Assembly (NCBI GenBank): GCA_002633005.1
Contig: NMRA01000080.1
Coordinates: forward strand, 463,291-527,290
Source of the DNA: Phoronis australis
Taxonomy: Eukaryota > Animalia > Phoronida
Direction: 5' to 3'
DNA: 64,000 nucleotides
This document shows positions 63,001-64,000 of the stretch, in pieces; positions within the stretch are counted from its first letter, which is position 1; every line of letters begins with the position of its first letter. The notes below the pieces were generated by a model. The model worked only from the letters and a program-made list of their open reading frames with translations. It searched no databases and had not been told where the DNA came from. The translations under genes were made by a program, and so were the position numbers.

Positions 63001-64000
63001 GCGCTTCGAACCAAACGGACAAGTTTCGTTTTGAAAGAGGGCAGGCGACAATAATTTTTCTGCATTTACAATTTCGTGGTACGAGATCAACCCGCGAGGG
63101 TAGTTGGTTGTGTGGGACGGATTGCAAACTGTTACTGGAAGGATAGTCAAACTTTGTGTACAATCGAACATACACTATCTGTTGAGACACCCACCAAGAT
63201 TTGGCTTCGTATTGCTCATTGTAAGGCAATAGCTTGTCGATGGCATGCCTGTGAAAACAGCAACGTCAGGTGTAATTGTAAGACAACTAACGGGAAATGC
63301 TCCGCTAATTTGTGCTTATCGCGAACCACAAGCATACTTTCTCATCAATTGTTCCATGTCGTATTTGATGCTGCTGTTACAAGATCCCGCGGTTTGAACG
63401 TAAAACGGACTGCCGTAAACGGGTAGATTTTGTAACAAAAATTGTTCGTATGCCCGCACTGGACATAAGTTTGATTGATTGACATTATCATCAAAGCGTG
63501 GCTATTCAGACCAATTCCAAAGCATTTCTTCGTCCATGAAGTTGTGGTAGGTTTACTGATTATAACCGCCCATCACTATTTTCGCTCTTCTGTACAACAG
63601 GTTTTGATCCCGGCGTAGTCTCAGTCGTTCTGTTAGAGAATATATACCTGAAATCGAATGTACAAATTGTTCGTAGAATTAAAAAATAATTATCGTAGAG
63701 CACCGGTAATAACCTTTTCATTATCCTATCTGTGGGAATTTTATCTCTGATAATAGTATACCGCCTAAATGGTTTGTACGCTGCTTTTAAGAGTATTAGA
63801 ATATCGATTGGACAGTCTCTACTCACAATCAGCTCCTCTAAGACCAGGGTTCTGGATTTATTTAATCTTTTTATTGAGAATAGAACTCCGAAACTGTTTT
63901 TAACAGTATCCGTTCTACTTTAATGCGGCATTTGCAGTACTTGTACATCTACAGAGATGACCAGGGGAAAAGTTTCCGAGTTGAGACACAGGAGGGGCAG

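Overview
Eukaryotic (most likely invertebrate animal) draft-assembly DNA: AT-rich, intron-rich and dense in transposons. The ORF track is mostly noise because the real genes are split into short exons, which I assembled by hand using splice sites, phases and family motifs. There are two convergent genes. (1) A complete neprilysin/M13 zinc metallopeptidase on + (about 6718-42128, 22 coding exons, about 766 aa) with a type II TM anchor, [17 protein letters not shown] and a C-terminal CAVW. (2) A TRMT2-family m5U tRNA methyltransferase, closer to TRMT2B, on - (43840 to about 55570; N-terminus unresolved). Headline observation: the neprilysin penultimate exon, which carries S1' pocket residues and the catalytic His, is present as three highly diverged 77-nt paralogues of identical phase (36552, 37332, 38694). 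These look like a mutually exclusive exon cassette that swaps the active-site segment. There are also two phase-compatible alternative N-terminal exons. Mobile elements include two THAP-bearing Kolobok-like elements (one nested in a MITE whose empty form lies elsewhere in the window), an Academ-like remnant, a TRIM-like element with tRNA-like LTRs, and many MITEs with 5-bp TSDs. Two apparent tandem duplications joined by a single N are probably uncollapsed haplotypes.
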